From Eledone cirrhosa (lineage: Eukaryota): a stretch of 64,000 nt of DNA. The DNA is taken from contig OZ024740.1 of the NCBI GenBank assembly GCA_964016885.1, positions 190,464,001 through 190,528,000 of the forward strand, given 5' to 3'. Shown here piece by piece: positions 12,823 through 26,969 of this stretch (position 1 is the first letter of the stretch; every line of letters begins with the position of its first letter). Under the pieces are notes generated by a model. The model searched no databases. It had not been told where the DNA came from and was given only the letters and a program-made list of their open reading frames with translations. Both the position numbers and the translations under genes were made by a program.

Positions 12823-15800
12823 TATTATTATTATTATTATTATTATTGTTGTTATTACTCTTTGAGTCTCAGTCATTGATGTTAGTTAACTGGAAAGTTT
12901 GTTGAAATGAATATCAAGCCACTACCTGCAGCCTCAGATATTCAGGACGTATCGGAGGGTTCTTGCTGTTCCAAGCAAGCATGCCTTTTGAAGCGTTCCA
13001 AAAAGCGTGAAGGGGCCAATTTTCTTTAACCATCCCTTTTTGAGATAGTCCCTAGTGCGCCTATGACAATCGGGATCACTTTGACTTCATGGCAGTTCCA
13101 AATCCGTTTTACCTCCCACTTTAATTCCCGGTATCGGTTAATTTTCTCCCTCTCCTTCTCTTGCACTCTCGTGTCGAATGGGAAGGTCACATCCGCAATC
13201 AGGCACGATCTTTTTTCTTTGTCCTCAACCACCAGGTCAGGTCTATTGTGTTCCAGTTTCTTGTCCGTCTGTATCCTAAAATCCCACAGCACCTTCACCT
13301 GATCGTTTTCTATCACCACCTCTGGCTTATGCCCATACCACTTCTCAGAATGTGGTAAATTGTTTACTTTGCATAGGTGGCAGTGGATCGCCCTGCCCAT
13401 CACATCATGTCTCCAGCCCTTATAGTGGGTCTGGGCTAGGTGTTTACACTCGGATACAATGTGAGCGACAGTCTCCTCTCTTTCTACACAGATCCTGCAC
13501 AGTGGGCTAGCCTCCTCCTTGTAAATATGGTGTTTCAACCACTTCGTTTTGAGGGCCTGCTCCTGCGCAGCCATTAACATTCCTTCTGTAGCCTTTTTAA
13601 GGTCTCCTTTTTTCAACCAGTTCCATTTCCGTGGATCTCTAAATTCAGTTTTCTCAAAGAAGGTACTATGAAGGGATTTTTCCTGAAGTTTGCTCTTTCT
13701 CCTTGATGTTATTTCCTCCTTGGACATCCCCTGGCCTATTGTCCCCTCCTTCAGTACATTTTTTAGCATTGGCTCCTTACTATCAGTCACGTATTTGTGT
13801 AGGTTGTTTTTCTTCATCTGAACACAGTCCTCTATGCTGATAAGACCTCTTCCACCCTCAGATCTCCTTAAGTCTATCGACATCGCTCCTCTTGTGGAAC
13901 ATGTTGTAGATAGTTAATAGCTTCCTAGTCTTCCTATCCATTTCTTTTTGTTCAGCAACATTCCATCTCAGAATTCCCGCACTGTACCTACTAATAGACA
14001 CAGCTCGGGAATTTACTGCACTTATGGCATTCCTACTGTTCAGATGTGACTGTAATACGCTCCTTACTCTCTGAATGTATTCAGTTCTTATCAATTCCTT
14101 CATTTTCTTTTGTCCTCGATGTCATCAGACTCCAGAACGTACAAATACTTGTATCCTTCTTCAGAGTCAATTTCCTTTATCATCTCACCTGTTGGTACCT
14201 GGATTCCGTTACTTCTGCTCAACTTACCCCTCCTCATCACAATGACTCCATACTTACTAATACCAAATTGCATACATATATCATTGCTGAAAATACGGAC
14301 AGTGTAAACAAGCACATCCAACTCCTTCTCACTCTTCCCGAAGAGCTTAAGATCGTCCATGAAGAGGAGGTGATTGATGGTAAGCCCTCCCTTTCCCAAC
14401 CTGTATCCTGCTCTCACTTTTCGCAGTACACTGGTGAGGGGCATCAGAGCAAGGACAAACAACAGAGGGGACAGACTATCTCCCTGGAAGATACCTCTCT
14501 TGATCTTCACGCTTCCCAAGAATTCTCCAGTTGATGTTAACTCTGTTTCCCAGGACTTCATACTTTTGCCCAACAACTGTCTGATGTTATCTGCCAACTT
14601 GGTGATCCAAGAATTAGGCACCATGTCAAATGCCTTTTTGTAGTCTATCCATCCCATGGCAAGACCAGTGTGTCTCCTCTTGAAATTCCTCATTACCATC
14701 TTATCAATAAGTAGCTGGTCCTTTGTACCACGTGACTTCTTTCGGCATCCTTTCTGTTCGTCCGGTAACAAGTTGTTTGTGTGGAGGTGATGGTAGATTT
14801 CCTCAGACATAATGCTTGTCAACAGTTTCCACATTACGGACAGGCATGTGATAGGTCTATAGTTGTTAACATCATTACCCTTGATTCGGTCTTTCATTAT
14901 CAGAACTGTGGTAGCTTTTGTCAACCAATCTGGTACCTCACCTAACATCAAGCAGTCATTGAACATGGTTGTCAGTTTCGGGTGGAGAGATGTTATATTT
15001 TTAATGCAACACCCCTGCACACGATCTGGGCCTGGTGATTTCCAGTTGATTAGTTTTTTGGCCTGCCCCTTAAGAGTTCAAACTGTGATACTCAAATCAG
15101 TTTGTTGGTGTGCCTGTTCACTAATCTCCTTCTGTACTGTCTCAATCCACACTGCCTGGTCATTATGTTTAACATCCTGCTCCCATATTCCTCTCCAGAA
15201 TGTTTTAGTTTGTTCCGCCCCAGGGATCAAGTCGTTGCCTCTTTCTTTCCCTTCAAGCTGTCCAAACAGCATCTTCTGGTTGTTATGAGAACATGCGTTT
15301 CTGTCTATACTGGCTGACTCTCTTCTCGTATCGCCTGATTTTTGTACTCTTTGCTACAATGCGATGCTTCAGCTCCTCTATGATAATATTTAGCTTGCTC
15401 CTCCTAGTTTTGTACTTTATTTCCAGTCTATTTTTAGTGTCTATGTTTTTTAGTGTCCCATTCAGTAGGGACTCAAGCTTTCCAATGTCATTTCTCATTT
15501 CCCTGATTTGACCACTCAGTCGTTTCTTCCACCAAGGCTCTGCTCTTTCTTGTCTGTTGTTTCCTCTCGCTTTTATACCACGTAGTTTCGTCACCGTATT
15601 TGCTGTTGCTTTGAGGATATTGTTGCACTGGTGAAGGCTCCTCGCCTCAAGGTATCGGATGACTTTGTTTACCTTAGCTGTTGTTTCTTTTAACTTTTTC
15701 CTGTCTACAAATATTAGGTTCATAGGTCTCCCACTATCATTGTTCAATTCATCTACCACTAAGTTTAGGATATCAACCAAATCTTGTCCTAGCCCATCAG

Positions 15801-16450
15801 CATTCATATCCTCAGTGGCCGTATCTCTTTTCCAGGTATTATTTATCTCAGAATTCAGATCATTGTCTGCTTCGGGTGGTTCCTCCGTTCTCTCGACCTC
15901 TTCACCTTCATTTCCCACTGGCTCGTTTGCCTGGCATACTCCACTCTCCATCTCCAAGCTAATCTCTCTGCTCAGTTCCTCCAGTTTCAGCTCGCTTATC
16001 CACCCATTAGTTCTTATTACCCGAGCCTGCCCGGCCAATTTTTGTTCATCTAATTTAAATAGACCAATCTCGTTCCAGATGTTATGCATCCGTTTCCTAT
16101 AGCATTTCTCCGTGAGGTTACTCTTCAGGTAACATTGCATAACAGTTCTATTCAATTCTTTCGTCCAGTTGGTTCTGGTCCCTTTCCTTCTTCTTCTTCC
16201 TCCGACACCAGCAGTATCTGGTTGACAGCCAGGTCCCTGCTGCTGAGCCAGGGAGCACCTGTTGGGTGAGAGTCTGTCACATGACATTCTCGTCTCCATT
16301 TCACCATTATTCGAACTGTTTAGATTCGACATTTAAACACTGTTATCGAGGATTGGCAAATGTATGGTTACATAACCACCGGTGAATTCATCGTCTCCGG
16401 TGGTTCCGCCACTCCACGTGATTTTTGTGTGGCATTATCACGCTGTAGAC
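12823..16450 (-). mobile_element. R4/Dong-like non-LTR retrotransposon (RT plus restriction-like endonuclease), frameshifted; ORF about 12934-16332
   Basis: NYRPITCL, WIDYKKAFD, GIFQGDSLSPLLF, HLLFMDD, CRIC...HIVSEC, RHD, RPD..D..K..Y. (TAA)n 3' tail at 12823-12850. Confidence 0.92.
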
Positions 16451-16665
16451 GAACATAAATAAACAAACAAACAAACAGGCAAACAAACTCCCAAAAATGA
16501 ATAAGCATAAGTTTCATTATAATGTAGTGTTTGAATGTCTGACTTAGTTTTTCCCTTCCCTTCTCTGTCCGTCTGTTTGTTTATCTCTTCATTTTTTTTC
16601 TTTACGTTTTTCGTTGTTGCTGAGCTGCTTTGATTTTGATTTTTGTTTTTTTATTTATTTTTTTA

Positions 16666-16666
<1 letters not shown>

Positions 16667-16701
<35 letters not shown>

Positions 16702-16721
16702 GTTGTATTTTTATTTTTTTA

Positions 16722-16789
<68 letters not shown>

Positions 16790-16812
16790 AGTATTGTTAA
16801 TATTATTATTAC
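16667..16812. repeat. (TTA)n microsatellite
   Basis: Directly visible. Confidence 0.9.
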
Positions 16813-16916
16813 TTTTTTTTTTTTCTTTTCCCAATTCAATGATGTTCCAAAACTATATAAAAGAGATAATTGGCAAAAGGGTTCTGGAACAAAAGAGATA
16901 CTTGGCAATAAGAGCA

Positions 16917-19900
16917 GGGGCCCCAGGTTATCATAGCCTGGGTCCGCTCGTCATCGTGCCATTGTAATAGAGCCAAACAAGCCATTTAGTCTTGGCTGCT
17001 GGAATGTACGGACGCTGCTTGACAGGGATTCCTTGGAGCGTCCTGAACGAAGGACCGCTCTTATTGCAAAGGAGCTTCGACGTTACGATCTTGACATCGT
17101 GGCTTTATCTGAGACGGGGTTAGCTGGAGATGGTCAACTTACAGAATTTTGTGGAGAATATACATTCTTCTGGAAAGGAAAAGATGAAGGAACCAGAAGA
17201 GAGGCTGGGGTAGCATTAGCTGTTAAGACTGTTCTTGTGAATAAATTAGAAGAATTCCCAGTACAAAGAATTCGCTGAACAAAGGAAGATATGCGACCCT
17301 GGTGAGTGTGTATGCTCTAACTATGAATTCTGTCGATGAAGAAAAAGTGTCCTTTTACCATGCCTTGAAAGGTGTTTTAAGAAATATCCCTCAGGCAGAC
17401 AAAGTCATCAGGCTTGGTGACATTAATGCTAGAGTGGGTAGGAATTTTAACACATGGAATGTAATCGGAAGGCATGGGGAGGGAAGTGTAACAACAATGG
17501 CATGCTCCTGCTGCATATGTGTGAGGAGCTGGATCTGTGTGTTACAAAACACAATATTCCAACAAAAGAACACATTTAAGACCACATGGATATATCCTGC
17601 ATCTAAGGAATTGCATCTTTTGGACTACGTCCTAGTCAGGATGCGTCACAGACAGGATGTGCAGTGTGTTCGTGCTCTTCGTGGAGCTGATTGCTGGATG
17701 GACCACCGCCTGGTACGCGCAAAAATCCGAGCTCCTTGTGTTGCCCTGGCCAGAAGATTGAATGCTGCTCCTCTTAAGGATAACAATGTGAAGAGAACAT
17801 TGCAATAAGAGATGCAGGTTGCATATCTTGGAGAGAATTGGCCGACCCTTAAAAAGTCGGTTTATGCTGTAGGCTGGCGTTTTCTGGGATTGGTGCAGAG
17901 AAAACATCAGGAATAGTTTAATGAGAATGATGAGCATATAGAAGATTTGTTGGCTGATATGAGGCGTGCTCTGTCACGCTACTTGACAGCAAAACCACAG
18001 GAGAAGAATATGTTGCATAAGGAACTCAAGGATGTGAAATCACGTGTTAGGTGGAGCCTTTCTCAGATGAAGGATCAGTGGTGGAGTGAGAAGGCTGATG
18101 AGATACAAACTGCGTCCGATTCCAATAACAGAAAGCTGTTGTACAGTCTCTTGCGTGAACTTGATTGACCGTCTTCTACTCTGGTGACACCGCTTCGCAG
18201 CAAGGATGGCAAAGAACTTCTTCGTAACTCACAAGGAGTTCTACGAATGTGGCGAGAGCACTTTGATGATCTTTTGAATCAGCCGTCTGTCGACAATGAA
18301 GATTTTCTCAATCTCATTCCAGAAAGTCTTTTGAAAGTAGCTCTCGCAGAACCCCCAACGCTTGTAGAGGTTGCAGTGGCTATCTCGAAGCTGAACAGTG
18401 GAAGGTCCCCAGCTATGGATGGCATAGATGCTGAGCAACTACAATATGGTGGTGAGTGACTCGTGCAACATCTTCACTCTTTGTTTGGCAGGATATGGGC
18501 TAATGAATCCGTACCTAAGGACTCGAGATTATTGTACAGGGCAAAGGGTAACAGGAATAATTGTGTTAACTACAGAGGTATATCATTGCTTTCTGTCGTA
18601 GGGAAATTTTTATGTAGGGTGCTTCTGGACCGTCTGCTGACACGCATTGCAGATTGTGCTCTTCCTGAAAGTCAATCTGATTTTCGTGCTGGACGCGGCA
18701 CTACTGATATGATCTTCTCAGTTAGACATCTCCAGGAGAACTGCATGGAACAAGGCTTGGATCTGTATCAGGTTTTGTCGATCTAACACAAGCATTCGAT
18801 ACTGTTATCAGAAATGCATTATGGAAGTTTCTCCAGAAACTTGGTTGCCCTGATAAGTTCCTTGCTTTAGTTACGTCTTTACATGACGACATGAAGCCTT
18901 GGGTTAATGACGGAGGTAACATGTGGGAGCCAATCTCAGTAAAAAATGGAGTGAACCAAGGGGATATTCCAGCACCGACCCTGTTTGCCATATACTTTGC
19001 AATGGTTTTCTGTATTGTATTCAGGAATTGCGAGCATGGTGTTTACATCCGATATCGAACCTCAAGCAGCAATTTAACATCAGGCGCTTTGCTGCAAAAA
19101 AAAAAGTATTTACATCAATCATAAGAGACATCTTGTATGCAAATGATTGCGATCTTGTAACGCACATAGCAAGTGATATGCAGCACATTTTGAATGCATT
19201 TTCTGATGCTTGCACTGCCCTAGGTTTGACTGTCAGTCTCAAGAAAACCGTCGTCATGTACCAACCAGCCCCTGGTAAGCAGTACATGAACCAAATATCT
19301 ATGTGTATGGTAAACGACTTATAGTGGTTGATCAGTTTGTCTACATGGGAAGCACTGTCAATCGATACAGCAACCTTGATAGTGAAATCCCACTCAGGAT
19401 TAGGAAAGCAAGTGATGCTTTCGGAAAGCGAGAAAGGCGACTCTGGTGTCGACGAGACATATGCAAGAAAACAAAAGTAAAGGTGTACAAGGCATGTGTG
19501 CTCTCTTCTCTTCTTTATGCCTGCGAGACCTGGGTCACATATCGACACCACCTTAAGCAATTGGAGCGTTTCCATCAGATGTGTCTCAGACGGATCCATG
19601 GCATTCACTGGAGGGACCACATCAGTGATGTCGAGATTTTGGAAAGCTCTATGTGTGACAGTATAGAAGCTCTTGAGCCTAAGCAACGACTCCGTTGGAG
19701 TAGTCACCTTGCCAGGATGAAGGATTCTAGAATACCAAAACAACTCTTTTATGGAGAGTTAGTTAAAGGAAAACAACCGCCACACAAACCAAGAAAGAGG
19801 TATAATGATTCCTTGAAAGCCTCTTTGAAAGACGCTAATATATCTGCTGATAAATGGGAAAATGTTGCTGCTGATAATAATAAATGGAGAAAGACTGTAT

Positions 19901-20503
19901 ATGAGGGAAAAGTTGCCTTTGAGGCATCTCGAATCGCGTACGAGAAAGTAAAGCGGGATGTGAGAAAGGGAATTGCTGTTGCACTTCCAGACGGCGAATG
20001 TCCTCCTATGGTGCTGACATGCAGCGTCTGTGCGAGGCTCTACCTAAGCAAAGCTGGACTCGAAATCATCTTCGCAGTCATAAAGTACGATCAGTGGTTA
20101 ACTACCAGGCTGCTGTTGGAGATGCTACTCATCATGCTTGCCAAGCATATGGTAGAGAATGTAAATCAGCAGGAGGGCTCAAACGAGATGCAAAGGTACA
20201 TGAACTCCAACCACAGCCGGCTATTCCCAGTGAATGTTTTGGTTGCCGAATCTGTGCAAGACATTTTAGATCATTGGCTGGGCTAAAAAGCCACATTCGG
20301 ACCCAGCGCTGTTAATTGCTATCGTGTGTGTGTATAGATATGTTTATGTGTTTGCGCGTGTGTGTATATAGATATATGTATATTATTATTATTGTTGATG
20401 TCGTTATGATTATTGTTGTTATTATTATTATTATTTTATTGTTATTATTACGTTTTTTTTTCTCGTGCAATGACCATACTCGATAACGAGGGGGCAGCCA
20501 TCA
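16917..20503 (+). mobile_element. RTE-clade LINE (APE endonuclease, RT, C-terminal C2H2 fingers), degenerate
   Basis: WNVRTL, DIVALSET, GD.NARVG, LDY, DH; NYRGISLLS, GV.QG..APTLF, LYAND; LLYACETW, LRWSSHLARM. The 3' tail gcagccatc runs into (TA)n. Confidence 0.92.
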
Positions 20504-20533
20504 TATATATATATATACATATATATATACATG

Positions 20534-20562
<29 letters not shown>

Positions 20563-20564
<2 letters not shown>

Positions 20565-20630
20565 GGTGGCTTCCCCCTCGTTATCGGGTATGGCCATTGC
20601 ACGAGAAAAAAGAATGACCATAATAATAAC
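20563..20630 (-). mobile_element. Inverted copy of the RTE 3' tail
   Basis: Reverse complement of 20445-20503 across a (TA)n tract. Confidence 0.85.
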
Positions 20631-20631
20631 G

Positions 20632-23600
20632 CTTTCTTTATTAACCACAAGGGTTTACATAAAGTAGACATTAAGGACAGTACGGGACAATACAGAACGG
20701 TACAAATGGGCATTTCTGCGTGTAAAAAAACAAGAAACAGAGGATGTAATAATAGAACAATGAAAAAATTACCCAATAGGGGGGAGAGTTCCGAGGGACA
20801 TTCGTGGAGAAAGCCCATTAAAAAGCTAGAGTGAACCGGACCACCAGGGCAAGTGCCCTCTCCCAGTTTTCCACCTTTAATTTACAGACACATACTCAGA
20901 GTAGGCCCATTCATTCGGGCCATTCTTGCATCTCTCACCCATCTTTCAACAAAATGTTGAGAAGAGAGCACTTCCCTTTCTACCCTGATTTTCCTTTTCA
21001 AATGAAATTTGAAAAAGTTAATCAGGGCTTCACCGAAGAGGTAAGTGCTCCTCTTCTGCCCTTTCAAACGTGTCCACCATACTATCTCTTTCGCCATGGC
21101 CACCAGACATATAAAAACTGCCTTCCCTTCCCGGCTAAAGGAAGAGGGCGGGGCAATCATCACGATGGACTCAGCTGATAGCTGTATCCGTCCTACACGC
21201 GTCAGCAGGTGTTCGACATAAACCCAAAAGTCAGCAATGCTCGGACACTGGACGAGTGCGTGCAGGACGGTTTCATCGCCCTGCGCGCATCTCGGACATG
21301 CCCGGCTGACGGCACCTCCATGCCTGTAGAGTTTATCCCGAACAGGCAGAGCTCCTCGGTAGCACTGACAGGCCAGGGATTTCTGGAAGTTGTCCATAGG
21401 CCCCGGCCCGAAAGTTCTTCCGAAGAAATTGGCTAGTTGATTTTCATCGACGCCAAGAGTTTCCCCAAGTACGTTGTCGCATTTCCCCTCCACTAATCCT
21501 CTATAGAACGCCAAGGTGGAGTTTCCAGTGATCACATAGCCCGATTGGTCGAGAGCTGTGAGCGCCTGAAGACATTCCAGTCTCCAAGCGCTCCCTCTCG
21601 GTCTTCGCTTGACCCAGGACTGCAGCTCCGTCAAGGAGACGAGCTGGGGAAAGACGTGTCTAGCAAACGGCGACCACACCTGCTCACCGTCAAGGAAGAG
21701 GTGGAGATGTCGTAGCCTGAGCGCGTGTCTGCGCATCATCAGCTACGGCATGCCCAGCCCTCCACATAGCGGGTGTTGACGGCAGATGGACCGCCTGACT
21801 ATCGGAGCGCGTCCCTTCAACAAAATGCGAAAGAGCAAACGCTCCAGCGCAGTCAGGCGGGGTTTACGACAAGGTACGACGGTCAGGCGGCAGTAGATGA
21901 CGGACGCGATGTACGCGTTACCCACCTCCGCTCGTCCTTTCAGGGATAGCTTCCTCTCCGCCCATTTCTGGGTGAGAGAAGCCACCCTGCTCGTCACCTC
22001 GTCCCAGTTTTTGTGCGTCTGGAGGTCCGGACCGACGCAGACCCCTAGCAATTTAACTTGGCCGTCTCCGCTGGTCACGTCTAGCACCACCAACTCACCT
22101 TCTGGGTTCAGCAAGATGGCCCGTATGGCGAGATCCAAACCTCTACGAAAAAGCACAGCACCGCTCCTCCCGATCCCGCTGGGAGATGCGTACACATCGT
22201 AGCCGCCGAAGATCGGTGCGAAGGCCCGTGTTTCGGAGATTCTGGTCTCGCTGATGGCCACTACATCTATGTGTAGTGACCTGAGGTCGTTGAGCAGGTG
22301 GCCCTGCTTCCATCACGACCCCAAGCCACGCGAATTTATGCTGCCTATTCTGAGTGAGGTCATGTTGAAATGGAGTGGAAAAGTTGGGAAAGACCACTTA
22401 CCTTACTTCTGGTGTAGTCTTTTTCTGTGATGCTGATGTTGTGTTGCATGTAGTGTAATAATTGGTTGTTGTTCAAATTTAATGCTGTGTAGTGTGTATC
22501 GTTTTTGGCTGTTTTGTTTTGTTTACGTTAGTTGTGGGTTTGTTTCTGTTACGCTTTTTAGTGACTTTTGTGGTTTTGGTGATGGTGGTGTTGCGGTTAA
22601 TGATGGTGATGGTGTTGGTGTTTGTGGTGATGTGTTTGGTGATGCTGGTGTGGATGGTGGCATACCTGTCCTAACTTTTTTGTTTGATAATTTATGTGTT
22701 TCCCTCTGTATTTTGTTTGATAATTTATGTGTTTCCCTCTGTATTTTGTTTTTGGAGGGGGAAGGATGAGAATTCTTTCTTTTTTGGTTTCTTTTTTTCT
22801 TTTTTCCTGATACCGTGTCCCACTCCTCGTCGTCACAATATGTCTCCATAAGCCGGGTAGTGGAAAATTATTACTATTTTTAAATTACTATTCTAATTGC
22901 GCTTTTAACGATGGCACCCGTCAACGCCCGCTTAACTAGTTCGCTAATCCGGTCTCTGTAGGCCTTGCGCGCTCGTAAGGACGCGTGTAGCTTCCAGTAG
23001 CCGGGTCCTCGTCTATGAAGCACACAGAAAACTAATTTGTGGTCCGTGTAGCTGACTATCTTGAATTGTGGACAGCCTATGATAGACCTATCTATGTCCC
23101 TACAAAATACTCTATCTAGATATGATCTGGATGACCCTATGCGATTTTTCCAAGTTTCCATTGGCACATTCGGGAAATCCTATCGGTACCTGTCAGACAG
23201 TTGAAAACGACTGAGCAGGTTGGTGAGGCTCTTGCACCCTCCTCCCCTATCCGCTAATCCCACACAGTCCCAACGTGCATCTAAGATCCCGTTCCAGTCG
23301 CCCACTAACACTAAAAAGCGGGACGTTCCAAGAAAGGTCTACAGACGCCGGAAGAAATCAGGCCGCCCTGCTCCTGTCGGGGCATAGACGGCCACTAGCC
23401 CGAAAGCTTGCCCGTCTCCGCTGGTCTCGTCTAGCAGCACCAATTTACCTTCTGGTCCAGGAAGATGGCCCGTATGGCGAGATCCAAATCTCTCCGAAAA
23501 AGCACAGGAACTCCTACCCCCGATCCCGGACGGCTTGGAGATGCGTACACATCGTAGCCGCCGAAGATCGGTGCGAAGGCCCGAGCTTCGGAGATTCTGG

Positions 23601-25775
23601 TCTCGCTGATGGCCACTACATCTATGTTTAGTGACCTGAGGTCGTGAGTAGGTGGCCATGCTTCCATGACGACCCCAAGCCACGCGCATTTATGCTGCCT
23701 ATTCTGAGTGAGGTCATGTTGAAATGGAGTGGAAAAGATGGGAAATACCACTTACCTTACTTCTTCGTAGAGGAAGGATGGTTCGTCAATCCTTTTCACT
23801 GCCTGTGGCCTCCTCCGGAAGGATGTCCTTATAAATCCTCCTGGAGAGTGCTTGTCGCAAGTCTCCGATGTCTTTGGGGAATTTTTGTTTTAGTGTCGTG
23901 TACGTTTTCTTTGTGAGGCGAGTGATTTGTATGTGTGGAGGTGGTGTGAACTTTTGGCTTGTTGTGTAGTCTTTTTCTGTGATGCTGGTGTTGTGTTGGA
24001 TGTAGTGTAATAATTGGTTGTTGTTCAAATTTAATGATGTGTACTGTGTATCGTTTTGGTTGTTTTGTTTTGTTTGCGTTTGTTGTGGGTTTGTTTCTGT
24101 TACGCTTTTTGGTGACTTTTCTGGTGTTGGTGATGTTGGTGTTGGGGTTAATGATGGTGATGGTGTTGCTGTTTGTGGAGATGGGGTGGTTGATGCTGGT
24201 GTGGATGGTGGCTTACCTGTCCTACATTCTTTGTTTAATTGTTTCTCTCAGTATTTTGTTTTGGGAGGAGGAAGGAAGATAATTTTTTTTCTTTTTTGGT
24301 TTCTTTTTTTCTTTTTTCCTGATACCGCTTCCCACTCCTCGTCGTCACAATCTGTCTACAATTGCGATAATCCGGGGAGTGGAAAATCCTTCCCAGGCGT
24401 TGGTTTTGCTTGTGGCGTGGTGGATGGTGTAGGCGCTGGTGCTAGTTCTTGCGCATTGGGTGGTGGTGGTGTTGGTTTTGCTACTGTTGCTGGGGTTGTT
24501 GCTGTTACAGTTGCTTCTGTCGTTGCTGCTACAGTTGTTGCTGCCATCTCTGCTGCTGGTGGTGTTGATTGTTGAGTCACTGGGGTGGGTAAGAGAGGTG
24601 GCCTCAACCTTTTAGCCTGAGGGCAGAAAGCCCATAGGTGGGTTCCTTGACCACAAACGACACACCAAGGCCTTCTGCCTTCGACGATTACGGTGAGGTG
24701 GCTGCCGTCAGAGAGGTCTATTACCTCTGGTATCTCTTCAATGCTTTTATGGTCCGCTTGGATCAGGAGCTCGATCCTAGATCCGGATCAGTTCTCCTGC
24801 TTTTCTTTCGCTATTTCGATTTTCTTGGTGTTGGCCTCGATGCCGGTGAGGACGGCAGCCATTAGCCAGGGAATTTCGATGGCCGGTAGAACGAGGGTCA
24901 CTCTGATCTTCACGAGTCTCTGGCCACAATAGCTTGGGACGAGTGTGAATTCGTCACTTATTAATGGGGCCATGGAATGTTCTCTGGCCTCCTGTGGTGT
25001 TTCAAAGAACAGGTCCACAGTTCCATATTTCTGCCCACGTCTGATGCGGGTTTATTTTGCCCACACATGTCCCAAAGTTATTTGGATTTGGGCCTCGGAT
25101 GCCCGTTCCACTCGGCGCGATTTTATGTTAATTGTCTGATAAGACACGGTGCATAGGCAACGATGCTCCATTTTATTATGTGTGTGTCTGTGGGGGGGGG
25201 GGGGGATGAGGATGACCCTGTACTCATCTTTCTTTACCATTCTTTTGGCTTCTTCTAATTCCTCCTGAGTTACCTGGATCGCTTTGCACATTTTTGCTAC
25301 TGTGGCAAAACTCAGGGTAGTTTTCCTAATTTCCTTGTTGCTGTTGTTGTATATCGTTATTTTTGTTATTGTTAATTTTAGTTTCAGTTGTGGTGGTGGT
25401 GGCGTCAGTGGTGTTCGGTGTGGAAGAGTTCATTTTGGTTGAATTCATTTCGATATCACGAGTTAATTTATTTTTTTTATTTTATTTCTGTTGTCGCTGT
25501 GGTGGTGTCGGGGGTGGCTGCTTTAACACCTGCAGTCATTGGTAATGGCGGGAAATGAATGTCTGCCTGAGACAAATTTAAAATATTGCTACTGCTTATA
25601 TTTTTAGTGTTGGCAAACGTAGTAATATTTACAATGGTGGTGTCGGTGTGAGGTGTTAGTTTGTGGGGAAGGTGTGGACTGAGTCGGCCATGACTTTTCA
25701 AAGAAATTTTTTTTTTGTTTCATAATTATAAAAAGTTTAAATTTTGGGCTCAAGGCCCCAATCCTTTTGAGTGTC
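20632..25775 (-). mobile_element. L1/Tx1-clade LINE, rearranged (ORF1 with degenerate zinc knuckle, APE, RT core deleted, C-terminal CxxC..H..C)
   Basis: ISETR, VYAP, GDWN, LDR, TDH, GPGYWKL; LSLKGRAEV; CPRC...ETVLHALVQC; AATAAA at the 3' end. Homologous to the element at 58572-64000. Confidence 0.88.
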
Positions 25776-25908
25776 CTTTTCAGAAATCAATGTATGTCCA
25801 CTTATATACAGTTAACGATAAAAACTTTCCATAAATGACAATGTTAAATAACTGAAAATAACAAACCTTTGCGGAGCTCACGATGATACGATTTACTACG
25901 TAGTTTGC

Positions 25909-25909
25909 C

Positions 25910-25968
<59 letters not shown>

Positions 25969-25992
25969 GAAGAAGAATAAGAAGAAGAATAA
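25909..25992. repeat. (TAA)n/(GAA)n microsatellite
   Basis: Directly visible. Confidence 0.9.
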
Positions 25993-26969
25993 GGGAAGAA
26001 GACGCACGAGGTGGTAGAAGGTCATGAAATCGGTCCCGTAAATTTTTGATTTTTAACATATTTAAATCAATTGTGAAATAACAATTCTTAGTACAAATGT
26101 TGCATAAACCACCGGATGAAGTCCCATAAAATTTCGGATCCATATTATATTGTTATATCGCTCAAATATTCAATTTTGTATTATATATTTTGTATTCAAA
26201 AAAAGAAAATGGTTATAAATGGAAGAAAACACCCTCTGTCTACACTATATAGAACAGCCAAATAACAGCAATTTCACCAACACCAGAAACTTGATACACC
26301 ACCTATCCCATCACACTAAATATAACAGCCAGATAACGGCAATTTCACCACCACCACCATCAATCCCAGCATCAAAATAATAATTACTATTATTATTGTC
26401 TCAAATTTTATCAAAATGTTTAATTCCAAATTTACGGGAATATGTCAACACAATATATATTAAACATACGAACACAAACTCATAGATACTACATATCAGT
26501 AACCACAACGCCACCGTTGCCACCACCCCATCCATCATTGCTACCACTATCCCATCGCCGCCGCAACCACTCCTTCATTGCTACCACCACTATTCTCCTG
26601 TTAACTTGAGAGAGAAAGGGGAAGGTGGCAGTATCACCAGACAAGGGAGAGGCTAGCAAAAGATATAAATATATTGACTTAGTGACCTGGCCACCGGCCA
26701 AACGTCAACATCAACAACTAAGGGACTGCTGGCTCACCCCTTCCTCACCAACAATATAAAAAGCCCCGCCACCACCACCGACATAGCCAACAACAATAAC
26801 AGGCAACTACAGCAAAAAGTATATTATATTATTATAATGCACTGGGTGATTGCTGGCCTTGTGCCTGGAGTGGAGACAATTATTAATAATTTCATTCTTA
26901 AGCCACGCAATGCTCACATTAAGGAACCACTCATGATAATAACAATTAAAAAAAAACAACAAAAAGAAA

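Noticed and set aside
19021-24575. Long antisense ORFs (19021-19743, 24018-24575)
   Set aside because: They are shadow frames of LINE coding regions with biased composition.
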